In this document: piece after piece, positions 41,550-52,540 of the stretch
Position numbering within the stretch: position 1 is the first letter of the stretch
How the letters are laid out: every line of letters starts with the position of its first letter
DNA from: Mobula hypostoma
Lineage: Eukaryota
Direction of reading: 5' to 3'
Assembly (NCBI RefSeq): GCF_963921235.1
Contig: NC_086108.1
Location: 32,552,001-32,616,000, forward strand
DNA: 64,000 bases
Translations under genes and position numbers: made by a program
The notes under the pieces: model-generated
What the model saw: only the letters and a program-made list of their open reading frames with translations
Database searches by the model: none
Told to the model about the DNA's origin: nothing

Positions 41550-42995
41550 GACCACAAGACATAGGAGCAGAATTAGGCCATTCAGCCCATTGTCTGCACC
41601 ACCATCCCATCATGGCTAATCCTGAATCCCACTCAACTCCACAACACTGCCTTCTCACCATATCCTTTGATGCCCTGACTGATCAGGAAACAATCAACTT
41701 CTGTCTTAAAAATACCCACGGACTTGGCCTCCATTGCAGTCTGTGGCAGAGCATTCCACAGATTCACTACTTTCTGGCTAAAAAAAAAACTCCTCCTTAC
41801 CTCTGTTCTGAAAAGTCGCCCCTCAATTTTGAGGCTGTGCCCTCTAGTTCTGGATACCCCCACCATACGAAACATCCTCTCTACATCCACCTTACCTAGT
41901 CCTTTCAACATCAGGTAGGTTTCAATGAGAATCTCCACATTCTTCTAAGTTCCAGTGAGTACAGGCCCAAAGCTGCCAAGCACTCATATGTTAACCCCTT
42001 AATTCCTGGAATCATCCCTATGAACCTTGTGGAATCTCTCTAATGACAACACACCCTTTCTGAGATATGCGGCCCAAATCTGTTGACATACCCCAAGTGC
42101 GGCCTGACTAGTGTGTTATAAAGGCTCAGCATTATCTCCTTGCTTTTATATTCTTTTCCCCTTGAAATAAATGCCAACATTGCATTTGCCTTCTTTACCA
42201 CAGACTCAACCTGCAAATTAATCTACTGGGAGTTTTGCACGAGGACTCCCAAGTCCCCCTCTGCACTTCTGATGTTTGAACCTTCTCCCCATTTAGATAA
42301 TAGTCTGCACTATTGTTCCTTTTACCAAAATGCATTCTCACACATTTCCCAACACCTTATTCCATCTACCACTTTTTTGTCCATTCTTTGAATTAGTTTG
42401 ATTCCTGCTGCAATCACATTGCTTCCTCAGCACTAACAACTCCTCCACCTATATTCGTATCATCTGCAAACTTTGCCACAAAGCCATCAATTCTATTATC
42501 CAAATCACTGACAAACAATGTGAAAAGTGGAGGTCCCAATACTGACCCCTGAGGAACACCACTAGTCACTGGCAGCCAACCAGAAACGGCCCCCTTTATT
42601 CCCACTTGATGCCTCCTGCCTGTCAGCTATTCCTCTATGCTGGCCTGTATCTTTCCTGTAATGCCATAGGATTTTATCTTGTAAGTAAGCTCATGTGTGG
42701 CATCTAATTAAATGTCTTCTGAAAATCCAAGTAAACGACATCTACTGCCTCTCTGCTTGCTACTTCCTCGAAGTCTAACTGAAATGTCAGGCACAATTTC
42801 CCTTCACAGAAACCATGCTTTGACTTATTTTATCATTAGTCACCAAGTATCCTGAAACCCCATCCTCAATAACAGACTCCAACACTTTCCCAACCACTGA
42901 GGTTAGGTTAACTAGCCTATAATTTCCATTCTTTTGCCTTCCTTCTTTCCTTCTTAAAGAGTGGAGTGACATTTGCAATCTTCCAGTCCTCTGGG
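41550..42995 (-). mobile_element. CR1 LINE, 5'-truncated
   Basis: SGVPQGSVLGP.LF..DLD..AKFADDT.IGG; ctcctatgtcttg tail near 41555. Confidence 0.88.
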
Positions 42996-43368
42996 ACCAT
43001 ACCAGTTTTCAAAGAAATCAGAATATTGGATACTGGCAGCAAAGGAGAACTTTATTGCTGCATTTTTTTTTATTTTAAGAGGCCCTTCCGCTAATACAGC
43101 AATGCACTACAGACACCACTCTTCATTCACAAAGCAGGTCAGTAGAATACTACCAAGGAAATGCTCCACAAGTCTTGTATGTCTCACTTGCAAAACATCA
43201 AGGGCTAACTGGCAGGGGGAACAATCACAGATGGGACTGCCTTCTGATTTGCAGTACTGATCCTTGAACAATTAGTCTCTCAATTGCAAACTTCTAAAAG
43301 CTTAAGGAAAAATCTCCAGTGGTGTAACTAACTATATGACCTATGTTCATAACAAGTCACAGCTTTTA

Positions 43369-46222
43369 CATAGAAACATAGAAAATAGGTGCAGGAGTAG
43401 GCCATTCGGCCCTTCAAGCCTGCACCGCCATTTATTATGATCATGGCTGATCATCCAACTCAGAACCCAGCCTTCCCTCCATACCTGCTGACCCCTGTAG
43501 CCACAAGGGCCATATCTAACTCCCTCTTAAACATAGCCAATGAACTGGCCTCAACAGTTTGCTGTGGCAGAGAATTCCACAGATTCACCACTCTCTGTGT
43601 GAAGAAGTTTTTCCTAATCTCGGTCCTAAAAGGCTTCCCCTCTATCCTCAAACTGTGACTCCTCATTCTGGACCTCCCCAACATCGGGAACAATCTTCCC
43701 GCATCTAGCCTGTCCAATCCCTTTAGGATCTTATACGTTTCAATCAGATCCCTCCTCAATCTTCTAAATTCCAACGAGTACAAGCCCAGTTCATCCAGTC
43801 TTTCTTCATATGAAAGACCTGCCATCCCAGGAATCAATCTGGTGAACCTTCTTTGTACTCCCTCTATGGCAAAGATGTCTTTCCTCAGATTAGGGGACCA
43901 AAACTGCACACAATACTCCAGGTGTGGTCTCACCAAGGCCTTGTACAACTGCAGTAGTACCTCCCTGCTCCTGTACTCGAATCCTCTTGCTATAAATGCC
44001 AGCATACCATTCGCCTTTTTCACCGCCTGCTGTACCTGCATGCCCACTTTCAATGACTGGTGTATAATGACACCCAGGTCTCGTTGCACCTCCCCTTTTC
44101 CTAATCGGCCACCATTCAGATAATAATCTGTTTTCCTATTTTTGCCACCAAAGTGGATAACTTCACATTTATCCACATTAAATTGCATCTGCCATGAGTT
44201 TGCCCACTCACCCAACCTATCCAAGTCACCCTGCATCCTCTTAGCATCCTCCTCACAGCTAACACTGCCACCCAGCTTCGTGTTATCCGCAAACTTGGAG
44301 ATGCTGCATTTAATTCCCTCATCCAAGTCATTAATATATATTGTAAACAACTGGGGTCCCAGCACTGAGCCTTGCGGTACCCCACTAGTCACTGCCTGCC
44401 ATTCTGAAAAGGTCCTGTTTATTCCCACTCTTTGCTTCCTGTCTGCTAACCAATTCTCCACCCACACCAATACCTTACCCCCAATACCGTGTGCTTTAAG
44501 TTTGCACACTAATCTCCTGTGTGGGACCTTGTCAAAAGCCTTTTGAAAATCCAAATATACCACATCCACTGGTTCTCCCCTATCCACTCTACTAGTTACA
44601 TCCTCAAAAAATTCTATGAGATTCGTCAGACATGATTTTCCTTTCACAAATCCATGCTGACTTTGTCCGATCATTTCACCGCTTTCCAAATGTGCTGTTA
44701 TCACATCCTTGATAACTGACTCCAGCAGTTTCCCCACCACCGACGTTAGGCTAACCGGCCTATAATTCCCCGGTTTCTCTCTCCCTCCTTTTTTAAAAAG
44801 TGGGGTTACATTAGCCACCCTCCAATCCTCAGGAACTAGTCCAGAATCTAACGAGTTTTGAAAAATTATCACAAATGCATCCACTATTTCTTGGGCTACC
44901 TCCTTAAGCACTCTAGGATGCAGACCATCTGGCCCTGGGGATTTATCTGCCTTCAATCCCTTCAATTTACCTAACACCACTTCCCTACTAACATGTATTT
45001 CACTCAGTTCCTCCATCTCACTGGACCCTCTGTCCCTTACTATTTCTGGAAGATTATTTATGTCCTCCTTAGTGAAGACAGAACCAAAGTAATTATTCAA
45101 TTGGTCTGCCATGTCCTTGCTCCCCATAATCAATTCACCTGTTTCTGTCTGCAGGGGACCTACATTTGTCTTTATCAGTCTTTTCCTTTTTACATATCTA
45201 TAAAAGCTTTTACAGTCCACTTTTATGTTCTCTGCCAGTTTTCTCTCATAATCTTTTTTCCCCTTCCTAATTAAGCCCTTTGTCCTCCTCTGCTGAACTC
45301 TGAATTTCTCCCAGTCCTCAGGTGAGCCACTTTCTCTGGCTAATTTGTATGCTACTTCTTTGGAATTGATACTATCCCTAATTTCTCTTGTCAGCCACGG
45401 GTGCACTACCTTCCTTGATTTATTCTTTTGCCAAACTGGGATGAACAATTGTTGTAGTTCATCCATGCAACCTTTAAATGCTTGCCATTGCATATCCACC
45501 GTCAATCCTTTAAGTGTCATTTGCCAGTCTATCTTAGCTAATTCACGTCTCATACCTTCAAAGTTACCCCTCTTTAAGTTCAGAACCTTTGTTTCTGAAT
45601 TAACTATGTCACTCTCCATCTTAATGAAGAATTCCACCATATTATGGTCACTCTTACCCAAGGGGCCTCTCACGACAAGATCGCTAATTAACCCTTCCTC
45701 ATTGCTCAAAACCCAGTCCAGAATAGCCTGCTCTCTAGTTGGTTCCTCGACATGTTGGTTCAAAAAACCATCCCGCATACATTCCAAGAAATCCTCTTCC
45801 TCAGCACCTTTACCAATTTGGCTCACCCAGTCTACATGTAGATTGAAGTCACCCATTATAACTGCTGTTCCTTTATTGCACACATTTCTAATTTCCTGTT
45901 TAATACCATCTCCGACCTCACTACTACTGTTAGGTGGCCTGTACACAACTCCCACCAGCGTCTTCTGCCCCTTAGTGTTATGCAGCTCTACCCATATCGA
46001 TTCCACATCTTCCCGGCTTATGTCCTTCCTTTCTATTGCGTTAATCTCTTTCTTAACCAGCAACGCCACCCCACCTCCCCTTCCTTCATGTCTATCCCTC
46101 CTGAATATTGAATATCCCTGAACGTTGAGCTCCCATCCCTGGTCACCCTGGAGCCATGTCTCTGTGATCCCAACTATATCATAATCATTAATAACAATCT
46201 GCACTTTCAATTCAGCCACCTT
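43369..46222 (-). mobile_element. Young CR1 LINE, 5'-truncated near the start of ORF2
   Basis: Uninterrupted ORF2 and (tttctatg)n 3' tail at 43369-43385. Confidence 0.95.
43460..46222 (-). CDS. CR1 ORF2, APE endonuclease plus reverse transcriptase (~920 open codons, RT motif FADN)
   Basis: ITETWL, YRPP, MGDFN, SDH, PGPDG, QHGF, DFQKAFD, GVPQGSVLGP; native start missing. Confidence 0.85.
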   Translation of the reverse strand, partial: KVAELKVQIVINDYDIVGITETWLQGDQGWELNVQGYSIFRRDRHEGRGGGVALLVKKEINAIERKDISREDVESIWVELHNTKGQKTLVGVVYRPPNSSSEVGDGIKQEIRNVCNKGTAVIMGDFNLHVDWVSQIGKGAEEEDFLECMRDGFLNQHVEEPTREQAILDWVLSNEEGLISDLVVRGPLGKSDHNMVEFFIKMESDIVNSETKVLNLKRGNFEGMRRELAKIDWQMTLKGLTVDMQWQAFKGCMDELQQLFIPVWQKNKSRKVVHPWLTREIRDSINSKEVAYKLARESGSPEDWEKFRVQQRRTKGLIRKGKKDYERKLAENIKVDCKSFYRYVKRKRLIKTNVGPLQTETGELIMGSKDMADQLNNYFGSVFTKEDINNLPEIVRDRGSSEMEELSEIHVSREVVLGKLKGLKADKSPGPDGLHPRVLKEVAQEIVDAFVIIFQNSLDSGLVPEDWRVANVTPLFKKGGREKPGNYRPVSLTSVVGKLLESVIKDVITAHLESGEMIGQSQHGFVKGKSCLTNLIEFFEDVTSRVDRGEPVDVVYLDFQKAFDKVPHRRLVCKLKAHGIGGKVLVWVENWLADRKQRVGINRTFSEWQAVTSGVPQGSVLGPQLFTIYINDLDEGIKCSISKFADNTKLGGSVSCEEDAKRMQGDLDRLGEWANSWQMQFNVDKCEVIHFGGKNRKTDYYLNGGRLGKGEVQRDLGVIIHQSLKVGMQVQQAVKKANGMLAFIARGFEYRSREVLLQLYKALVRPHLEYCVQFWSPNLRKDIFAIEGVQRRFTRLIPGMAGLSYEERLDELGLYSLEFRRLRRDLIETYKILKGLDRLDAGRLFPMLGRSRMRSHSLRIEGKPFRTEIRKNFFTQRVVNLWNSLPQQTVEASSLAMFKRELDMALVATGVSRYGGKAGF

Positions 46223-46288
46223 ATATACCCATACAACAGACATCCTCAAAAGATCTTTCCACATGCCTTGGAGGCTGCTTGGTCTATT

Positions 46289-46484
46289 ACTAGCTACGCA
46301 CATCAAAGTTGCTGGTGAACGCAGCAGGCCAGGCAGCATCTCTAGGAAGAGGTACAGTCGATGTTTCAGGACGAAGGGTCTCGGCCTGAAACGTCGACTG
46401 TACCTCTTCCTATGGCCTGCTGCGTTCACCAGTAACTTTGATGTGTGTTGCTTGAATTTCCAGCATCTGCAGAATTCCTGTTGT
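46289..46484. mobile_element. 196-bp fold-back Penelope-pLTR derivative
   Basis: Inverted arms around acgaagggtctcgg; 10-bp flanking direct repeat ttggtctatt (46279-46288, 46485-46494). Confidence 0.8.
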
Positions 46485-48187
46485 TTGGTCTATTCTTTAG
46501 GTGAATGCCTAGACACTATTAACAGCTGTCCTAATCTCCTCAGGATCAGCCAACATAGAAATACCTTTGAATAACACCTGAACCTAAATCTCACTTCACT
46601 ATCTGGGCACTTTGGTGCGAGATTACAGATGAGCACCATCGTACAACTTCAATAGTCCTCTACCTCTGGCTTCCCTTTTATTGGATTTGATACATTGATC
46701 TCAGCTTTAACCTTGAGTTTTTATATTCTTTCAATTGTTTATTTTGGCTGTTTGCCCTCTCACAAAGAACACTTACTAACTTACATCTTGTCCTATTCAA
46801 CGTTTCCATAATTGATTCATTAAACTTCAATAGCAAATCCATTCTTACTGGCTTTCTACAAGTCTTCCTTCCTCAAGACTTGTGAAGGAGATCTTGTATC
46901 AAAATCATTGTTTTGTCAGAGACCTATCTAATGCACAATGATACTTTTAATGAAGCTTTCCAGCACCTTCCACCACAGCAGCTTAAAGAGAAAAAATATC
47001 AATAGGAAAGTACAACTTTATGGGGCAACATATCATAACAATCTATATACTTTCCTACTGATACACTTAACACCGTTCAGCACTTTAAAATCCTTGTTCA
47101 CCTGCCCACATGAGAAATGCTGCGCAATTTTTTTTCACATTTAAAATTTTCTTCCATGGTCTCATGTACTGAACAAAGGCTCATAGCCTGATTCAAAAGC
47201 CTTCACATCGGAGCTCTAGCCAAAGCCTCAATTCACCATGGCTTTGCTCACGTTACCAACTTGCATCCAGCTTTGACACCACTCTCCACATTAAGACAAT
47301 TACACGTTCATCTTGTTTTCATTAATAAGCTTAATCATTGCCAGTTACTTCTAGACAATATAGAACTACAAGGTTGTACTATCCTTTGCAAAATATCCCA
47401 GAATCAAAGGTAACTTCCGTATTTTTCTTAAAAACAAGTCTTCATAGACTATCCTCGTTTCAACGTCATGTGAGGAAGCAATGACTTCAGCTATCTGACA
47501 CTTCAGTCTCCCCATTCTGTAAAGACGGACATCAAGGATTCACTGTAGAACTGGTGATCCCTAACATACAACCTCTAAATTCACACTGCCCATAACCAAC
47601 TCCATGTCATTCTAGTTCCACCAAGCTGCTGATCACTCAGCTTTATGTTATGGTATTCAGTCTAAAATGTACTCTCATTAGATAGTTCTCTTCATGATCA
47701 CTCAGGTTAATTGAATAAACTTGTCTTTGTAAATTTCTACTGTTCCTCCAAAACCCATGAGTAATGTAGAATCCCAAATACATGGACATGTTTCTCACTA
47801 TTCCAAATTTCCCTCAATTAAAAATTCCCATCCTGGTACAGTACTAAAACAGTCCATAAAAATCATAAATAACAAATTGAGAATGTGGTAAATTGTTTTC
47901 AATCCCTTTGCTGCATTTTCTACTGTTGTCCTTTAACAATACCCAAATAAATGAGATGCCTTTATCTAGCTTCTGTCCTACCTACTTAGAGCAAAAAAAC
48001 CAAAATTGGTCTTACTTCCCCTTCCTGGATCACAGTCTCAAGTTGTGAAACTTGCTCTGGATTTCCTGATTGCTCATTCCTTATCAACATTGTTTGAATA
48101 TGCTTTATTTTATGCAGAGGATACTCATTTCTACTCAACCTTAATTCATCTACCAATGCATGATACTTAGCATCACACCTGTTAACT

Positions 48188-49655
48188 CAGTGGTCCCCAA
48201 CTACCGGGCCGCAAAGCATGTGCTACCAGGCCGCAAGGAAATGATATGATTTGGCAATATGAGCCAGCTGCACCTTTCCTCATTCCCTGTCACTCCTACT
48301 GTTGAGCTTGAGCGCACGTGAGGTCATTAGCCACGCGGTCATCAGTCGGTATGAGTAAAAAACAAACGTCGCTTGAGAGTTTCTTTGGAAGAGGTGGAAG
48401 AGGGCAGAAAAGGCCTAATGATGATGATGATAACGCAGAGACTGCAAAAAAAAAGTTTCCTTCAACAGAAAATACGAGTCGTACATAAAATATGGCTTTA
48501 TTGCGACCGGAGACTCGCACACTCCAAGCCCCCTGTGTGTGATATGTGGAGACAAGCTGTCTAATCGCTACAGATTTCTTTCAGGAAAAAAGTCACCACT
48601 GGCAGCACACTTCAGTGACAAGGAGTGGATAGCAAAACTCGTTTATCTGTGTGACACCTTCAATCTGCTCAATGAACTCAATTTGTCACTTCAGGGGAGA
48701 ATGACAACTGCCTGCAAGTTGGCAGATGAAGTGTCTGCTTTCAAAGCCAAATTGGAAATGTGGGGACGGCGAGTGGACAGGGGCATCTGCCATGTTCCCA
48801 ACATTAGCTGGGAATTTGGGAGAGACTGAGGCTGCACCGTCTTCCTCACAGCTGGTGCGCGATCACCTAACTTCGCTGTCGACAGAATTGGAGCGTTACT
48901 TCCCGACTGCAAATGACCCAAGACATGCAAGGGAATGGGTCCGTGACCCATTTGTGAATGCCCCCAGTGAATCATCCATGTCAACGCAGGAAGAAGATCA
49001 ACTACTCGAGCTTGCAAATGACAGTGGGCTGAAAAGTATGCTTGACATAATATCTCTGCCGGCATTTTGGATCAAAGTCAAGGCTGAACATCCTGAGATA
49101 GCCACAAAAGCATTGAAAACGTTGCTTCCATTTCCAACATCATATCTCTGCGAAGCAGGATTTTCTGCAATGATTGCAACAAAAATGAAACTGTGGAATA
49201 GACTGGACATAAGGAACCCCCTTCAAGTATCGCTGTCTCCCATCATCCCTTGATGGGACCATCTTGTTGCAGGGAAACAAGCCCAGGGCTCCCACTGATT
49301 CACCGATATTGGTGTGTTGCAATGATTTTATATGTTCATACCAGGAAAATATGCGGTGTGTTTAATATCAAACGTTACTTAAAATGTTATGATGCAATTG
49401 AGTTATAAGTGACTTATAACTGACTTATCACTGAATTCATGGGAGGAAAATATGCGCTGTGTGTTTAATATTAAATTCATCAGATAAACCCTTTTAGAAA
49501 CGAAATTGAGTGCATTATTTGCCACTTACGTGACTTATAGTTTCACCTATATTCCAGTCGTGATTAATAACCCCCCCCCCACCCCGTTGGCCTGTCCGCA
49601 AGAATATTGTCAATATTAAACCGGTCTGTAGTGCAAAAAAGGTTGGGGACCCCTG
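48188..49655 (+). mobile_element. hAT (Charlie/Buster-like) DNA transposon, internally deleted
   Basis: TIRs cagtggtccccaac / gttggggacccctg; perfect 8-bp TSD tgttaact; peptides LVYLCDTFNLLNELNLSLQG and KALKTLLPFPTSYLCEAGFS. Confidence 0.93.
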
Positions 49656-51050
49656 TGTTAACTGAGCATTGAGATAAGTAGCAGGAATGGCCTCCAACTC
49701 AATGCTGTGATGATCCAGATAATCTGCATTCTCAGTCTAGCACTAAACTGTCTTGGTGTATTTGATCTCCAGAATAGCTTTTAGCTTAAAAAGCTCACCT
49801 TGGCCATACATAACCTCCTCTACCTACATTCTTTCAAATCTAGCATCTTGCACATCTAAATTTAATCAATCCACAGGCCAAGTATTTTGCGCTGGCACCT
49901 CTATCCTAAAACCCCTCAGATGCTCTTTTCCCTTGGCCTCTCCAGCCATCTTCTTAGTGACGCTTTAAAACATTTGTTTCAGTTCAATGTCAATTGTTGA
50001 TCAATAATGGTTAGGAAAATTACTGGGGGATTGGGATTTGCTCTGTGAACTACCACAGACTTGATGGGTTGAAAAAGCCAATCAACTCTGCATGAGGAAG
50101 TATGTAATAAATATGATGTCACTACTTTGAATGAGTTATTACACAAGTTCTTGACCATACCTTAAATACTCTTAGGAAAAGAGAATTGCTCCATAAATGA
50201 GAATGATACCCATACATGAATAGGATACAATGAAGACTAAAATAATACAAAGATGAATTTAGAGAAAGGAAGAGACACCAACAGTGGTCATGTTGAAACT
50301 ACTGCACATGGGTATTAAAGTAATCGAAAGAATAAATGGAACACCGAAATCTCTCAAAACAGTAAAGAACATGAAGCATTGATCACCTTGAGTTTAACCT
50401 ACACAAGCCTCCAACTTATCAAAGTATATCAATGGGAACTATTTTCTCATCCTGTGTTCATCCAGGTTCTGAGGAGTTGCAATTCAAAAACAAGGATACA
50501 ATGCTTACATTGTATGAGGCCTTGGTAAGATTCCAACCTGAAGTATTACATTCAGTATGGGCACCAAAGCTCAAGCAAATTTTGGTCTTCGAAAAAGCTG
50601 AAATGGACTATAATATCCAAGTTTCAAAGCTTGAATTATGTGGTTATGTTCCGTAAATATAGTGTGTATTGCTTAGAATTAATGTGGTTGAGGTGGTAAT
50701 TTAATTGAAGCACTCCATATCATAATATCTTCCGGGATTATCACAGAACAAGGAAGCATCTACTAAAATTTAATGGAAAACACTTTAAGTGTAATCCAAA
50801 GGCTATCAAAATACAGTACCCAAATTACAAATAAGAGGATTGGACATTTGCTGATTTTGTTTTAAAATGTTACCAGTTATATCCTAGATGGAATTTTGTT
50901 CAACTGTGAAGCCAGACATCAAGGACACGCTTAAACTAAGATTGCTGAAGAGAGCTACTAAAAGCAATGTGGTTGTGTGGAGATACTGGCAACACACATC
51001 AAAGTTGCTGGTGAATGCAGCAGGCCAAGCAGCATCTCTAGGAAGAGGTA

Positions 51051-51087
51051 CAGTCGGCGTTTCGGGCCGAGACCCTTCGTCAGGACT
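51051..51087 (-). ncRNA. Hammerhead motif with mutated cleavage triplet (GCC)
   Basis: Minus strand agtc-CTGACGA-agggtctcggccc-GAAA-c-GCC-gactg. Confidence 0.55.
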
Positions 51088-52503
51088 AACTGAAAGAAGA
51101 GCAAGTAAGAGATTTTAAAGTGGGAGGGGGAGGGATGGTGCCAAGAGCTGGACAGCTGATTGGCAGAAGGGATATGAGAGGATCATGGGACAGGAGGCCC
51201 AGGGAGAAGGGGGGCGGGAATCCAGAGGAGGGACAAGGGATATAGTGAAAGGGACAGAGGGAGAAAAAGGAGAGAGAAAGAATGTGTGTATATAAATAAA
51301 TAACGGATGGGGTACGAGGGGGAGGTGGGGCATTAGCGGAAGTTTGAGAAGTCAATGTTCATGCCATCAGGTTGGAGGCTACCCAGACGGAATATAAGGT
51401 GTTGTTCTTCCAACCTGAGTGTGGCTTCATCTTTACAGTAGAGGAGGCCGTGGATAGACATATCAGAATGGGAATGGGACGTGGAACTAAAATGAGTGGC
51501 CACTGGGAGATCCACCATCAACTCTGCTCTCAAACGCATCTCCCCCATTTCACGCACATCTGCTCCCACTTCATCCTCCCGCCACCCCACTAGGAATAGG
51601 CTTCCCCTTGTCCTCACCTACCACCCCACCAGCCTCCGGGTCCAACATATTATTGTCCGTAACTTCCGCCACCTCCAACAGGATCCCACCACTAAGCACA
51701 TCTTTCCCTCCCCCCCCGCTTTCCAGAGGGATCGTTCCCTACTCGACTCCCTTGTCCATTCGTCCACCCGATCCCTCCCCACCGACCTCCCTCCTGGCAC
51801 TTATCTTTGTCAGCGAAACAAGTGCTACACATGCCCTTACACTTCCTCCCTTACCACCATTCAGGGCCCCAAACAGTCCTTCCAGGTGAGGCGACACTTC
51901 ACCTGTGAGTTGGCTGGGGTGATATACTGTGTCCGGTACTCCTGATGTGGCCTTCTATATACTGGCGAGACCCAACGCATACTGGGAGATCATTTTGCTG
52001 AACACCTACGCTCTGTCCGCCAGAGAAAGCAGGATCTCCCAGTGGCCACACATTTTAATTCCACATCCCATTCCAATTCTGATATGTCTACCAACGGCCT
52101 CCTCTACCATAAAGATGAAGCCACACTCAGGTTGGAGGAACAACACCTTATATTCCGCCTAGGTAGCCTCCAACCTGATGGCATGAACACTGACTTCTCT
52201 AACTTCCGCTAATGCCCCACCTCCCCCTCGTACCCCATCCGTTATTTATTTATATACACATATTCTTTCTCTCGGTCTCCTTTTTCTCCCTCTGTCCCTC
52301 TCACTATACCCCTTGCCCATCCTCTGGGTTCCCCCCCTCCCCCTTTTCTTTCTCCCTAGGCCTCCTGTCCCATGATCCTCTCATATCCCTTCTGCTAATC
52401 ACCTGTCCAGCTCTTGGCTCCATCCCTCCGCCTCCTGTCTTCTCCTATCATTTTGGATCTCCCCCTCCCCCTCTCAAATCTCTTACTAGCTCTTCTTTCA
52501 GTT

Positions 52504-52540
52504 AGTCCTGACGAAGGGTCTCGGCCCGAAACATCGATTG
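52504..52540 (+). ncRNA. Minimal type I hammerhead ribozyme motif
   Basis: agtc-CTGACGA-agggtctcggccc-GAAA-c-ATC-gattg; core boxes and NUH triplet intact. Confidence 0.65.

Noticed and set aside
46223..46429. N-terminal ~70 aa of the 989-aa ORF as a Penelope-CR1 fusion protein
   Set aside because: Chance read-through from a non-ATG start in the adjacent fold-back element, which has its own TSD; CR1 homology begins near 46222
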